A DNA stretch of 64,000 nt, from NCBI RefSeq assembly GCF_963921235.1, contig NC_086108.1, positions 27,220,001 to 27,284,000 on the forward strand. The letters run 5' to 3'. The notes beneath the pieces are model-generated. The model did not search any database. It worked only from the letters and a program-made list of their open reading frames with translations, and was not told the DNA's origin. Of the stretch, positions 35,620-47,610 are shown one piece after another. Numbering within the stretch: the first letter of the stretch is position 1; every line of letters begins with the position of its first letter. A program made the position numbers and the translations under genes. This DNA is from Mobula hypostoma. Lineage: Eukaryota.

Positions 35620-38600
35620 CTATCAGGCGGTCGAGTCCATCACTGTGACCTACGTAGCACCAGTGGTGATTGCACCAGCGACGGCAGTTGTGCTGGCTCC
35701 GGCCTGACTTCAGGTGCCAGCACGTTAGGCGTCGGTAATCCCTCGTGCGTGTGCGTCGCGCCCGGTATGGGAGTGTCATGTGGTGTCTGTGTAGCGCTTG
35801 GAGTGTACGGTGTCTTTCGGGTATATATATCGGTGGATATGGGGTTAATAGTCACCATGGAGTGTTCAGGATAGGGGCCCGGTGCTCCTGCGGGCACTAG
35901 GTCACAGATGGAAACCGTGTCCTCCCGCCCATCAGGTAAAACCACATAGGCATACTGGGGGTTTGCATGAAGTAAGTGAACCCTCTCGACCATCGGGGAG
36001 TATTTATCGCTCCTCGCATGTTTCCGGAGCAGCACTGGCCCCGGGGACGTCAGCCAAGTGGGTAGGGTGGTCCCAGTGGTCGACTTTCTAGGAAAAGAAA
36101 AGAGTCGGTCATGAGGGGTGGCATTCGTGGCTGTGCATAACAGGGAGCGGATGGATGGAGTGCCTCGAGAAGGACCTCCTGCCAGCGGGAGACCAGCAGT
36201 CCCTTTGACCTGAGGGCTAAGAGTGTGGCTTTCCACACCGTGGCATTCTCCTTCTCTACCTGTCCATTCCCCTAGGGATTATAGCTCGTTGCAATACCCC
36301 TAGACAGCAGGTATTGGTGCAGCTCGTCACTTATAAATGAGGACCCTCTGTCACTGTGGATATAGCATGGGTATCCGAACAGAGTGAAGAGCTTGCGCAG
36401 GGCTTTTATAACTGACGTGATAGTAGTGTCGGGGCAGGGATGGTGAAGGGGAACTGTGAGTACTCGTCGATAACATTAAGAAAATACACATTGCGGTCGG
36501 TGGAGGGAAGGGGGCCCTTAAAGTCAACACTCAGTCGCTCAAAGGGGCGGGTGGCCTTGATGAGTTGTGCCTTTTCGGGTCGGTAGAAGTGCGGTTTGCA
36601 CTCTGCGCAGACTTGGCAGTCCCTGGTCATCATCCTGATCTCTTCAAGGGAATAAGGCAGGTTCCGGGCTTTCACGAAGTGGAAAAGCCGGGTGACCCCC
36701 TGGGTGGCAAAGATCTACATGTAGGGTGTATAGCCGGTCGATCTGCGTGCTGGCACACGTTCCCCGGGACAGGGCATCGGAGGGCTCGTTGAGCTTCCCA
36801 GGCCTGTACATGATGCAGAGTTGAAGGTGGAGAGTTCGATTCTCCACCTCAGAATTTTATCATTTTTGATTTTGCCCCGCTGTTGGTTACTAAACATGAA
36901 TGCGACTGAGCACTGGTCAGTCAACAGGGTGAACCTTTTGCTGGAGAGATAGTGCCTCCAGTGCCTAACAGCTTCCACTATGGCCTGGGCCTCTTTCTCC
37001 ACTGCGGAGTGCCGAATTTCAGGGCCTTGAAGGGTACGGGAGAAGAACGCCACTGGTCTTCCCACCTGGTTGAGGGTAGCAGCCAGCGCAAAGTCAGAAG
37101 CGTCACTCTCTACCTGGAAGGGAATGGCCTCATCCACCACATGCATTGCTGCTTTGGCAATGTCCCCTTTTATGCAGCTGAAGGCCGCGCGGGCCTCGGC
37201 TGAGAGGGGGAATGTGGTGGACTTGACCAGGGGGTGGGCCTTGTCTGCGTAGTTAGAGACCCATTGGGCATAATATGAAAAGAAGCCCAGGCACCTTTTG
37301 AGGGCTCTGAGCATGTTGGGAAGAGGGAGTTCCAACAGGAGGCGCATACGGTCAGGGTCAGGGCCAATGACTCCATTCTCCACGACACACCCAAGGATAG
37401 CAAGTTGGGTGGTTCCGAACACACACTTGTCCTTGTTATAGGTGAGACTGAAAGCTTTGGCCGCTTGGAGAAATTTTTGGAGATTGTTGTCACGATCCTG
37501 CCGGTCATGACCGCAGATAGTGATGTTATCCAGATAATGGGAACGTGGCCTTCAGTTGGCACTGGTCCACCATCCAGTCCATTTCCCTCTGGAAGACAGA
37601 TACACCATTCGTGACACCAAAGGGGACACGCAGGAATTGATAAAGCCTGCCGTCCGCCTCGAAGGCAGTGTAAGGGCTGTCATCCCAGTGGATGGGGAAC
37701 TGATGGTAAGCGAATTTTAGGTCTATGGTCGAGTACACCTTGTACTGTGCTATCTGATTGACCATATCCGCGATGCAGGGTAGAGGGTACACGTCGAGCT
37801 GTGTGAACCTATTGATGGTCTGGCTACAGTCCGTGACCATCCTATTCTTCTCCCCATTCCGAACAACCACCACCTGCTCCCTCCATGGACTTGTGCTTGC
37901 CTCAATGACCCCCTCCCTGAGCAGCCACTGCACCCCTGACTTAAGGAAGGCTCTGTCCCCCGCGTTGTACCTCCTGCTTTTAGTTGCCACAGGTTTACAG
38001 TCGGGGTCAGGTTGGCGAACAGCGGTGGGGGAGGGATCCTGAGGGTGGAGAGGCCGCAAGTGGTGTCGGTAGTGTGGCTGTTGGCATGGTGTTGGGTGGG
38101 ATGTGCGGGTCAGTGTGTGGGGGTGGTCAGTAGCGGGGTATGTGATGTATCCCTACAAAACTGGGGATTTACAACAGTAATTGGTGGGAGGGGCTCATCA
38201 TACTCTATTGTCACATTTTTCAGGTGGCTCTGGAAGTCGCGCCCCGATAGCACAGGGGCACACAGTTAAGGCGTGACCAGTAACGTAAAGTCTCAATATT
38301 CTGTGTCCTGCACCACTAGCGTCGCTACACAACACCCCCCCCACCCCCCGGATATCTGTTGTATACAACCCAGAAGCCATGGTGACCCTTTGACTTACCG
38401 GCCGTATCACGAGTCTGCAATGCTGCACCGTGTCCAGGTGGATAAAACTCTCCGTGCTGCTCGTGTCAAACAGGCAGCTTGTCCTGCGCCCCTCCTCCAG
38501 GATGTCCATCATTGACCTTGCAAGCTGGTGGGGAGCGCTTTGGTCGAGGGTCGCAGAGGCCAGGGTTGAGTCGCTGTCTTGGTCCGGCGCGGTGGGGTGC

Positions 38601-39524
38601 CCCATGAGTACCCGTTGGTCTTAGGCAGTGAGAAGTGGCGCCGACCAAGATGGCCGCCCCCATGTCTCGCACGTGGTGGTGGCGTGCAGGGAAGATGGCG
38701 ACAGGCAACATGGCAACCCCCATGTCTCGCACATGGTGGCGGCGTGCAGTCAAGATGGCGACCCCCATGCCTCGCACGCGGCGCTGCTCGATCCTACTCG
38801 CAGTTTGGACTTACAGGCCTTGGTGAAGTGGCCCTTCTTTCCGCAGCTGGAGCAGGTAGCTTGTCGGGCCGTGCAGTGTTTCCGGGGGTGCTTCTCCAGT
38901 CCGCAGAAGTAGCACTTCGCGGACTCACGACTGGCAGCAGCCGAGGGAGATTTGCCGGTGGGTTGCGGGGTCTGCGGCGCCCACGAGGCCATCGGGGGAT
39001 CGCGTGCCTGGACAGCCTCGGAATTGTGCAGAGCGGTCTCCAGCATGTCGGCCAGCTCCATTGCCGAACGTAAGGTGAGATCAGATTTTTCCAGCAGCCG
39101 CTGGCGAATATACACTGACCTGGTCCCCGTGACAAGAGCGTCTCTCACCAGGAGCTCCGCATGCTGTTCTGCAGTCAGTTCTTGGCAGCCGCAGGTCTGC
39201 ACGAGCGTCTGTAGTGGCCGGACAAACTCAGCACTCGACTCCCCGGGTCGTTAAGCGATACCGTGCATAGACGGTGTTTATCAGCTGCAAGTATTGTCCT
39301 TTGAGGACGCTCATCACACCATCATAGCTCGGCTGGTCTCTGATCATCGAGTAGACCTATGGACTGACCCAGGAAAAGAGAACTCTGTTCTTCGTTGTGG
39401 ACTCTGTCACTTCAATTGCCTCTAGGTATGATTCGAAGCCGGCCAGCCAGAGTTCAAAAGCGTTTCCAGTTTCAGGTGTTTGCGGGTTGAGGTCTAACTT
39501 GTCGGGTCTCAGAACACGTTCCAT
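35620..39524 (-). pseudogene. Gypsy gag-pol with multiple frameshifts
   Basis: ATG 39524 'MERVLRPDKLDL'; two CCHC knuckles; 'FDTSSTES'; 'PFGVTNG', 'YLDN'; 'ESDASDFAL'; 'SVDFKGPLP'. Confidence 0.9.
38648..38785. repeat. Tandem repeat (about 3 units of 45-60 bp) at the gag-protease linker
   Basis: Recurring 'aagatggc..cccccatg(t/c)ctcgcac.tggtggcggcgtgcag'. Confidence 0.85.
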
Positions 39525-39819
39525 GTTTTAAAATTACTGCTAATAAAATTGATGCACCATCAATAACTCCAAAAGACTGGAAGTAGAGTAAATACTGAAA
39601 GGCTTTTATTAGCAGTAAAATGTGACCTCCAGCATGCTGAGTGTCTGCCCGTGGACTGAGAGGAGGAGCCATGGCCCAATCACCTTTATTCAGGGGTCTG
39701 TGGGAGGAGCCACAGGGGCAGTCAGCAGAGGGGTGTGTCCAGCCAGGTAACCCAGTTACAACATATATATATGGTTTACCACAGTCTGACTACACAACAC
39801 TTTTTTCTGTAACACTTTA

Positions 39820-40263
39820 AGGCTGATTTATACTTGTGCGTACGAGCTACACCGTAGGCCTGATTTACACTCTTGCGTAGCTCTACGCTGTAGTGAGCAT
39901 GCATAATTGTGTCTGCGTCGCTCTGCAATTCACCGCCAAAACGCTAATTGGCGGTGGGCTTTCTATGCCAATGTGTTCAGTTTCTTCCTGAGAGACATGG
40001 ATGAGGAAATGCATTTCAAATATTTTCGGAGGTCGGCAGGTAGATTTGACAATTTGGTTCATCGTCTCCAACCATTTACTTCGCATCAGTGTACAGACAT
40101 GGCGGAGAAAAGCAACCGGAAATGTGTAGGAGGAAAAGCGATGCTACCAAGCGGAACAATCACAGTTGTTGTGGTCTGCGTCGCCGTGACGCGTGAGTTA
40201 CATTTTTGGGGAGGTGCACGTCACCCTACGGCGTACATTTGACGCCGAAGTATAAATTGGGCT
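39820..40263 (+). mobile_element. PIF/Harbinger-derived MITE
   Basis: Imperfect TIRs 'aggctgatttatactt'/'aagtataaattgggct' flanked by TTA/TAA; internal peptide 'LRDMDEEMHFKYFRRSAGRFDNLVHRL' resembles a Harbinger transposase N-terminus. Confidence 0.75.
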
Positions 40264-40635
40264 TAACTCTGCATTCTATTCTTGCTTGCCCTAGTACTGC
40301 CTCAGTGCTATGCTGTAATGAAATGATCGTACTGATGACATGAAAAACAATTTTTAAGCTACATGTGACAATAATGAACCAAGTTTACCTATTTATTAGC
40401 TGTAGCCTCCATAAAGATGACTGTTCAATCAAAATATAGAGGGAGAGTTTCATTGTGCATTGAGTGAATAGTCAATTGAAACAACATGAGCAATTTTCTT
40501 TTAACATTTTCTCCCTAATAACAACCAAATCCTGCTCTCTCTTCCCATGAACAGAAACTGAACTCTTTGCTCTGCGTTATCAGTCTTTGTTTAAGAAGTT
40601 GGGGTATTTGAGGCACAATTTTAACCTCTTTTCTA

Positions 40636-42232
40636 CAAACCCCATTTCCAGAAGAGTTGGGATATTTTCCAACATGTAATGAAAACGAAAACCTGTGATA
40701 TGTTAATTCATGTGAAACTTTATTTAACTGACAAAAGTACAAAGAAAAGATTTTCAAAACGCAAACAACAGGTTCAACAGTTTTACTGATCAACTTAATT
40801 GTATTTTGTAAACATACACAAATTTAGAATTTGATGGCTGCAACACACTCAACAAAAGTTGGGACAGAGGCATGTTTACCATTGTGTTACATCACCTTTC
40901 CTTTCAATAACACTTTTTAATCGTTTTGGAACTGAGGATAATAAGTGTAGTAGATTTGCAATTGGAAATTTTGTCCATTCTTGCTTGATATAAGATTTCA
41001 GCTGCTCAACAGTCCGTGGTCTCCGTTGTCTGATTCTGCTCTGCATGATGCGCCATACATTTTCAATAGGAGATAGATCTGGACTGGCAGCAGGCCAGTC
41101 AAGCACGTGCACTCTGTGTCTATAAAGCCATGCTATTGTAGCCTTGCAGAATGTGATCTGACATTGTCCTGCTGAAATAAGCATGGACGTCCCAGGAAGA
41201 GAAGTTGCCTTGATGGCAACATATGTCTCTCTAAAATCCTAATATACACCTCAGAGTCAATGGTACCTTCACATACATGCAACTCACCCATGCCGTGGGC
41301 ACTGATGCACCCCCATACCATCACAGATGCTGGCTTTTGCACCTTTCGCTGATAACAATCTGGATGGTCGTTTTCATCTTTGGCACGGAGAACTAAACGC
41401 CCGTTTTTTCTGAAAACTAGCTGAAATGTGGACTCATCTGACCACAGCACACGGTTCCACCGTCTTTCAGTCCATCTGAGATGAGCTCAGGCCCAGAGAA
41501 TTAGTTGGCTTTTCTGCATAGAGTTGATGTATGGCCTCCTCCTTGAGTAATACAGTTTCAAGTTGCATTTCTGGATGCAGCGACGGATTGTGTTGAGTGA
41601 CAATGGTTTTCTGGAGTACTCCCGAGCCCAGGTAGCTATAATTGTCACGGTAGCATGACGGTTTCTTAGGCAGTGCCGCCTGAGGACTCGAAGATCACGC
41701 GCATTCAACAGTGGTTTCTGACCTTGCCCTTTACGCACTGAGATGTCTCTGAATTCTCTGAATCTTTTCACAATATTATGTACTGTAGATGTTGAAAGAT
41801 CTAAATTCTCTGCAACCTTGCATTGAGAAATGTTCCTTTTGAACTGACTAACAATCCTCTCACGAATTTTGGCACAAAGGGGTGAGCCACAACCCATCCT
41901 TGCTTGCAAAGACTGAGCCTTTGATGGACTCACCTGCTACCAATTAGCCTGCTTAATGTGGAGTCTTCCAAACCAATGATACTTGAATATTCCGTGCACT
42001 TTTCAATCTTATTTTAACTCTGTCCCAACTTTTGTTGAGTGTGTTGCAGCCATCAAATTCTAAATTTGTGTATATTTATAAAATATAATTAAGTTGGTCA
42101 GTAAAACTATTGAAAATCTTTTCTTTGCACTTTTGTCAGTTAAATAAAGGTTCACATGAATTAACATATCACAGATTTTTGTTTTTATTGCATTTTGGAA
42201 AATATCCCAACTTTTCTGGAAATGGGGTTTTG
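40636..42232 (-). mobile_element. Full-length Tc1-like transposon with long (about 230-bp) IR/DR-type TIRs
   Basis: TA TSD (40634-40635, 42233-42234); termini CAAACCCCATTTCCAGAA; outer and inner 'agttggga' repeats. Confidence 0.95.
40876..41903 (-). pseudogene. Tc1 transposase (DD34E), frameshifted
   Basis: Three ORF pieces: paired-like HTH 'STSTVHNIVKRF', 'WSDES', 'QQDN', 'SPDLSPIENVW'. Confidence 0.92.
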
Positions 42233-42389
42233 TAGCTCTTGTCCTTATTAAATATAAACTTCGCAACACTTAAACCATCTGCTAAATAGTTTATGGTGAT
42301 TATTCCCATTGTAGATAGTCAGCAGAAGAACGAGAAACAAGTTAATGAATAGGTCAGTATGAATTAAGTAGAATGAGCCAATCCTCTTT

Positions 42390-42546
42390 AGGGGAATGGG
42401 GGTAGAGAGGTCAGTAGCTTTAAATTCCTTGGTGTAAACATATCAGAAAATCTGTCCTGGGACCAGCACATCAGTGTCATCACAAAGAAAGCATGACATT
42501 AATATTTAATATTTCAGTTATATTTGAGAGAGAGAGAGTGAGTGAC

Positions 42547-42588
<42 letters not shown>

Positions 42589-43373
42589 GTTGATTAAGCA
42601 TTCTTTTTGATTTAAATAATCCTTTACTATAAATGTCTTTTCCATCCTGAGATGTATCCTAACAAGTTGGTCATACCTAGCACAAAGGAAGTGGGTAAGC
42701 TGTTCAACAATCCATTATGGGTTATGTGTATAAATAAGTGAATTGCATCTGTCATCACACTACCACATGATACTTGCGTGCCTCCCTTAAAGTAAACACA
42801 AAGTTAGACTTACATTTCATACACCTAGGGCTTTCTTTGAATTAGATTAATGTTTTAAACTTACAAAACATAACAGCGTAGATTCGACATGGTACTAAAA
42901 ACCTAACAAACTTCTACAGATAAACAATGGAGAGGATCCTAACTGGTTGCATCACTCCTGGTGTGGAAACACTAACACACGGGAACAGAAAGTGGTGGAT
43001 GCAGCCCAGTCCATCACAGGCAAAGCCCTCCCTGAAAATGAGTTACATTTACATAGAGCGCCACCACAGTAAAGCTACATCCATTGACAAAGACCCTAAC
43101 CATCTCTCCTCTCACCACTACCATCAGACTGGAAGTACTGAAGCCTTAGGTCACACCAAACCAGGTCTATAATCTCCAGGCTCTTCACTCACCACTATTC
43201 TGGACTGACTATGTCCAGTAGACTCACTTTCAAGAACTCTTTACAACTCATGTTCTCAGTAGTTTTTTATTTGTAGTTCATCTTATTTTCCACACTGTTT
43301 GTTTGTCTTTATGTGTATTTTTTTCATAAAATTCTATTGTATTTCTTTTGTTCCTGTAAATGCCTGAAAGAAA
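42390..43373 (+). mobile_element. Old Rex1/Babar 3' fragment interrupted by an LTR-like insert (about 42496-42875) and by CR1
   Basis: 'gtagagagggtcagtagctttaaattccttggt' (VERVSSFKFLG) continues after 42875; the insert ends '...aaaacataaca'. Confidence 0.7.
42525..42586. repeat. (GA)n/(GT)n microsatellite
   Basis: Directly visible. Confidence 0.95.
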
Positions 43374-43397
43374 TGTCTGGTCAGGGAGAGCGAGGAG

Positions 43398-44156
43398 GTG
43401 ATAGAGAGGAGTGGAAGGCAGGTGGTCACGCCGGGGCCACGGGAGGCAGACAAGTGGGTCACGGTTAGGAGGGGGAAGGGGAAAAGTCAGGTGATGGGGA
43501 GTACCCCGGTGGCTGTGCCCCTTAACAACAGGTACTCCTGTTTGAGTACTGTTGGGGGGGACAGCTTACCCGGGGGAAGCGACAGTGACCGTGCCTCCAG
43601 CACAGAGTCTGGCCCTGTAGCTCAGAAGGGTAGGGCAAAGAAGAGGAGGGCAGTTGTGATAGGGGACTCGATAGTAAGGGGGTCAGATAGGCGATTCTGT
43701 GGACGCAGTCCAGAGACCCGGATGGTAGTTTGCCTCCCTGGTGCCAGGGTCCGGGATATTTCTGATCGTGTCCAAGATATCCTGAAGTGGGAGGGTGAGG
43801 AGCCAAAGATCGTGGTACATATAGGTACCAATGACATAGGTAGGAAAAGGGATGAGGTCCTGAAAGGAGAATATAGGGAGCTAGGAAGGGAGTTGAGAAA
43901 AAGGACCGCAAAGGTAGTAATCTCGGGATTACTGCCTGTGCCACGCGACAGTGAGAGTAGGAATGCGATGAGGTGGAGGATAAATGCGTGGCTGAGGGAT
44001 TGAAGCAGGGGGCAGGGATTCAAGTTTTTGGATCATTGGGACCTCTTTTGGCGCAGGCATGACCTGTACAAAAAGGACGGGTTACACTTGAATCCTAGGG
44101 GGACCAATATCCTGGCAGGGAGATTAGCGGGGGCTACTGAGGTGACTTTAAACTAG
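43398..44156 (+). pseudogene. CR1 ORF1 SGNH/GDSL esterase-like domain (5'-truncated, premature stop at 44001)
   Basis: 'VIGDSIVRG', 'HIGTNDIG', and 'DGLHLN' downstream of the stop. Confidence 0.9.
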
Positions 44157-44161
44157 AATGG

Positions 44162-47100
44162 TTGGGGGGTGGGAATCAAATTAAAGAGGCAAGGCGTGAG
44201 GAGGTTAGTTCACAACAGAGGGATGGGAACCAGTGCAGAGAGACAGAGGGGTGTAAAGTGAGCGTAGAAGCAAAAAGTACAAAGGAGAAAAGTAAAAGTG
44301 GCAGGCCGACAAATCCAGGGCAAGCATTAAAAAGGGCCACTTTTCAACATAATTGTATAAGGGCTAAGAGAGTTGTAAAAGAGCACCTGAAGGCTTTATG
44401 TGTCAATGCAAGGAGCATTCGTAATAAGGTGGATGAATTGAAAGTGCAGATTGTTATTAATGATCATGATATAGTTGGGATCACAGAGACATGGCTCCAG
44501 GGTGACCAGGGATGGGAGCTCAACGTTCAGGGATATTCAATATTCAGGAGGGATAGACATGAAGGAAGGGGAGGTGGGGTGGCGTTGCTGGTTAAAGAAG
44601 AGATTAACGCAATAGAAAGGAAAGCCATAAACCGGGAAGATGTGGAATCGATATGGGTAGAGCTGCGTAACACTAAGGGGCAGAAGACGCTGGTGGGAGT
44701 TGTGTACAGGCCACCTAACAGTAGTAGTGAGGTCGGAGATGGTATTAAACAGGAAATTAGAAATGTGTGCAATAAAGGAACAGCAGTTATAATGGGTGAC
44801 TTCAATCTACATGTAGACTGGGTGAACCAAATTGGTAAAGGTGCTGAGGAAGAGGATTTCTTGGAATGTATGCGGGATGGTTTTTTGAACCAACATGTCG
44901 AGGAACCAACTAGAGAGCAGGCTATTCTGGACTGGGTTTTGAGCAATGAGGAAGGGTTAATTAGCAATCTTGTCGTGAGAGGCCCCTTGGGTAAGAGTGA
45001 CCATAATATGGTGGAATTCTTCATTAAGATGGAGAGTGACATAGTTAATTCAGAAACAAAGGTTCTGAACTTAAAGAGGGGTAACTTTGAAGGTATGAGA
45101 CGTGAATTAGCTAAGATAGACTGGCAAATGACACTTAAAGGATTGACGGTGGATATGCAATGGCAAGCATTTAAAGGTTGCATGGATGAACTACAACAAT
45201 TGTTCATCCCAGTTTGGCAAAAGAATAAATCAAGGAAGGTAGTGCACCCGTGGCTGACAAGAGAAATTAGGGATAGTATCAATTCCAAAGAAGAAGCATA
45301 CAAATTAGCCAGAGAAAGTGGCTCACCTGAGGACTGGGAGAAATTCAGAGTTCAGCAGAGGAGGACAAAGGGCTTAATTAGGAAGGGGAAAAAAGATTAT
45401 GAGAGAAAACTGGCAGGGAACATAAAAACGGACTGTAAAAGCTTTTATAGATATGTAAAAAGGAAAAGACTGGTAAAGACAAATGTAGGTCCCCTGCAGA
45501 CAGAAACAGGTGAATTGATTATGGGGAGCAAGGACATGGCAGACCAATTGAATAATTACTTTGGTTCTGTCTTCACTAAGGAGGACATAAATAATCTTCC
45601 AGAAATAGTAAGGGACAGAGGGTCCAGTGAGATGGAGGAACTGAGCGAAATACATGTTAGTAGGGAAGTGGTGTTAGGTAAATTGAAGGGATTGAAGGCA
45701 GATAAATCCCCAGGGCCAGATGGTCTGCATCCTAGAGTGCTTAAGGAAGTAGCCCAAGAAATAGTGGATGCATTAGTGATAATTTTTCAAAACTCGTTAG
45801 ATTCTGGACTAGTTCCTGAGGATTGGAGGGTGGCTAATGTAACCCCACTTTTTAAAAAAGGAGGGAGAGAGAAACCGGGGAATTACAGACCGGTTAGCCT
45901 AACGTCGGTGGTGGGGAAACTGCTGGAGTCAGTTATCAAAGATGTGATAACAGCACATTTGGAAAGCGGTGAAATGATCGGACAAAGTCAGCATGGATTT
46001 GTGAAAGGAAAATCATGTCTGACGAATCTCTAGGATGTAACTAGTAGAGTGGATAGGGGAGAACCAGTGGATGTGGTATATTTGGATTTTCAAAAGGCTT
46101 TTGACAAGGTCCCACACAGGAGATTAATGTGCAAACTTAAAGCACACGGTATTGGGGGTAAGGTATTGGTGTGGGTGGAGAATTGGTTAGCAGACAGGAA
46201 GGAAAGAGTGGGAATAAACGGGACCTTTTCAGAATGGCAGGCGGTGACTAGTGGGGTACCGCAAGGCTCAGTGCTGGGACCCCAGTTGTTTACAATATAT
46301 ATTAATGACTTGGATGAGGGAATTAAATGCAGCATCTCCAAGTTTGCGGATGACACAAAGCTGGGTGGCAGTGTTAGCAGTGAGGAGGATGCTAAGAGGA
46401 TGCAGGGTGACTTGGATAGGTTGGGTGAGTGGGCAAACTCATGGCAGATGCAATTTAATGTGGATAAATGTGAAGTTATCCACTTTGGTGGCAAAAATAG
46501 GAAAAGAGATTATTATCTGAATGGTGGCCGATTAGGAAAAGGGGAGGTGCAACGAGACCTGGGTGTCATTATACACCAGTCATTGAAAGTGGGCATGCAG
46601 GTACAGCAGGCGGTGAAAAAGGCGAATGGTATGCTGGCATTTATAGCGAGAGGATTCGAGTACAGGAGCAGGGACGTACTACTGCAGTTGTACAAGGCCT
46701 TGGTGAGACCACACCTGGAGTATTGTGTGCAGTTTTGGTCCCCTAATATGAGGAAAGACATCTTTGCCATAGAGGGAGTACAAAGAAGGTTCACCAGATT
46801 GATTCCTGGGATGGCAGGACTTTCATATGAAGAAAGACTGGATGAACTGGGCTTGTACTCGTTGGAATTTAGAAGATTTGAGGGGGGATCTGATTGAAAT
46901 GTATAAGATCCTAAAGGGATTGGACAGGCTAGATGCAGGAAGATTGTTCCCGATGTTGGGGAAGTCCAGAACGAGGGATCACAGTTTGAGGATAGAGGGG
47001 AAGCCTTTTAGGACCGAGATTAGGAAAAACTTCTTCACACAGAGAGTGGTGAATCTGTGGAATTCTCTGCCACAGGAAACTGTTGAGGCCAGTTCATTGG

Positions 47101-47183
47101 CTATATTTAAGAGGGAGTTAGATATGGCCCTTGTGGCTACGGGAGTCAGGGGGTATGGAGGGAAGGCTGGGGCGGGGTTCTGA
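44162..47183 (+). pseudogene. CR1 ORF2 (APE endonuclease plus RT)
   Basis: 'NARSI', 'GITETWL', 'GDFN', 'SDH', 'FADD'; net 12-nt deletion creating TAG at 46031, and a +1 frameshift near 46877. Confidence 0.95.
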
Positions 47184-47329
47184 GTTGGATGATCAGCCAT
47201 GATCATAATAAATGGCGGTGCAGGCTCGAAGGGCTGAATGGCCTACTCCTGCACCTATTTTCTATGTTTCTATGTTTCTATGAAAATAAATGTAACATAT
47301 GGATTTTGATAATAAGTCACTTTGAACTT

Positions 47330-47610
47330 TAATTAATTTAGAGATACAGTGCAGAACAGGTTCTTTCAGCCTACCAAGCCACACCCCCCAGTAACCCCTG
47401 ACTACCCTGATTTTACCCTAACCTAATCAAGGGGGTTTTTACAATGACCAATTAACCTACCTGTTATGTCTTTGGACTGTGGGAGTAAACCAGGGGACCG
47501 AGTGAAAACCCATGCATTCCATGAGGAGGATGTACAGAGACTCCTTACAGAGGACAATGGGATGAATTCTGAACTCCAACACCCGAGCTGTAATAGCGTT
47601 GTGCTAATTC
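47330..47610 (-). mobile_element. tRNA-derived SINE (HE1/V-SINE-like)
   Basis: 'gtctttggactgtgggagtaaacc...aaacccatgc' V-domain-like sequence; 'gtaatagcgttgtgctaa' head; AT-rich tail. Confidence 0.65.

Larger units (their letters stand above)
35505..39783 (-). mobile_element. Second Ty3/Gypsy element, degenerate, 3' LTR mostly deleted
   Basis: 5' LTR 39550-39783; only '(TA)n-gtttaccaca' of the other LTR remains (to 35536), next to the PPT; gag, PR, RT, RH and IN fragments. Confidence 0.92.
43374..47282 (+). mobile_element. Near-full-length young CR1 LINE
   Basis: ORF1 plus ORF2, (TTTCTATG)n tail, short GAAA duplication at the junctions. Confidence 0.97.

Noticed and set aside
38648..38785. 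Short repeats as a CRISPR-like array
   Set aside because: Tandem units without unique spacers, inside a retrotransposon ORF in eukaryotic DNA
44527..45303. 258-aa antisense ORF, and similar antisense ORFs over Gypsy and CR1 coding regions
   Set aside because: Shadow ORFs opposite TE coding sequence with no domain signature
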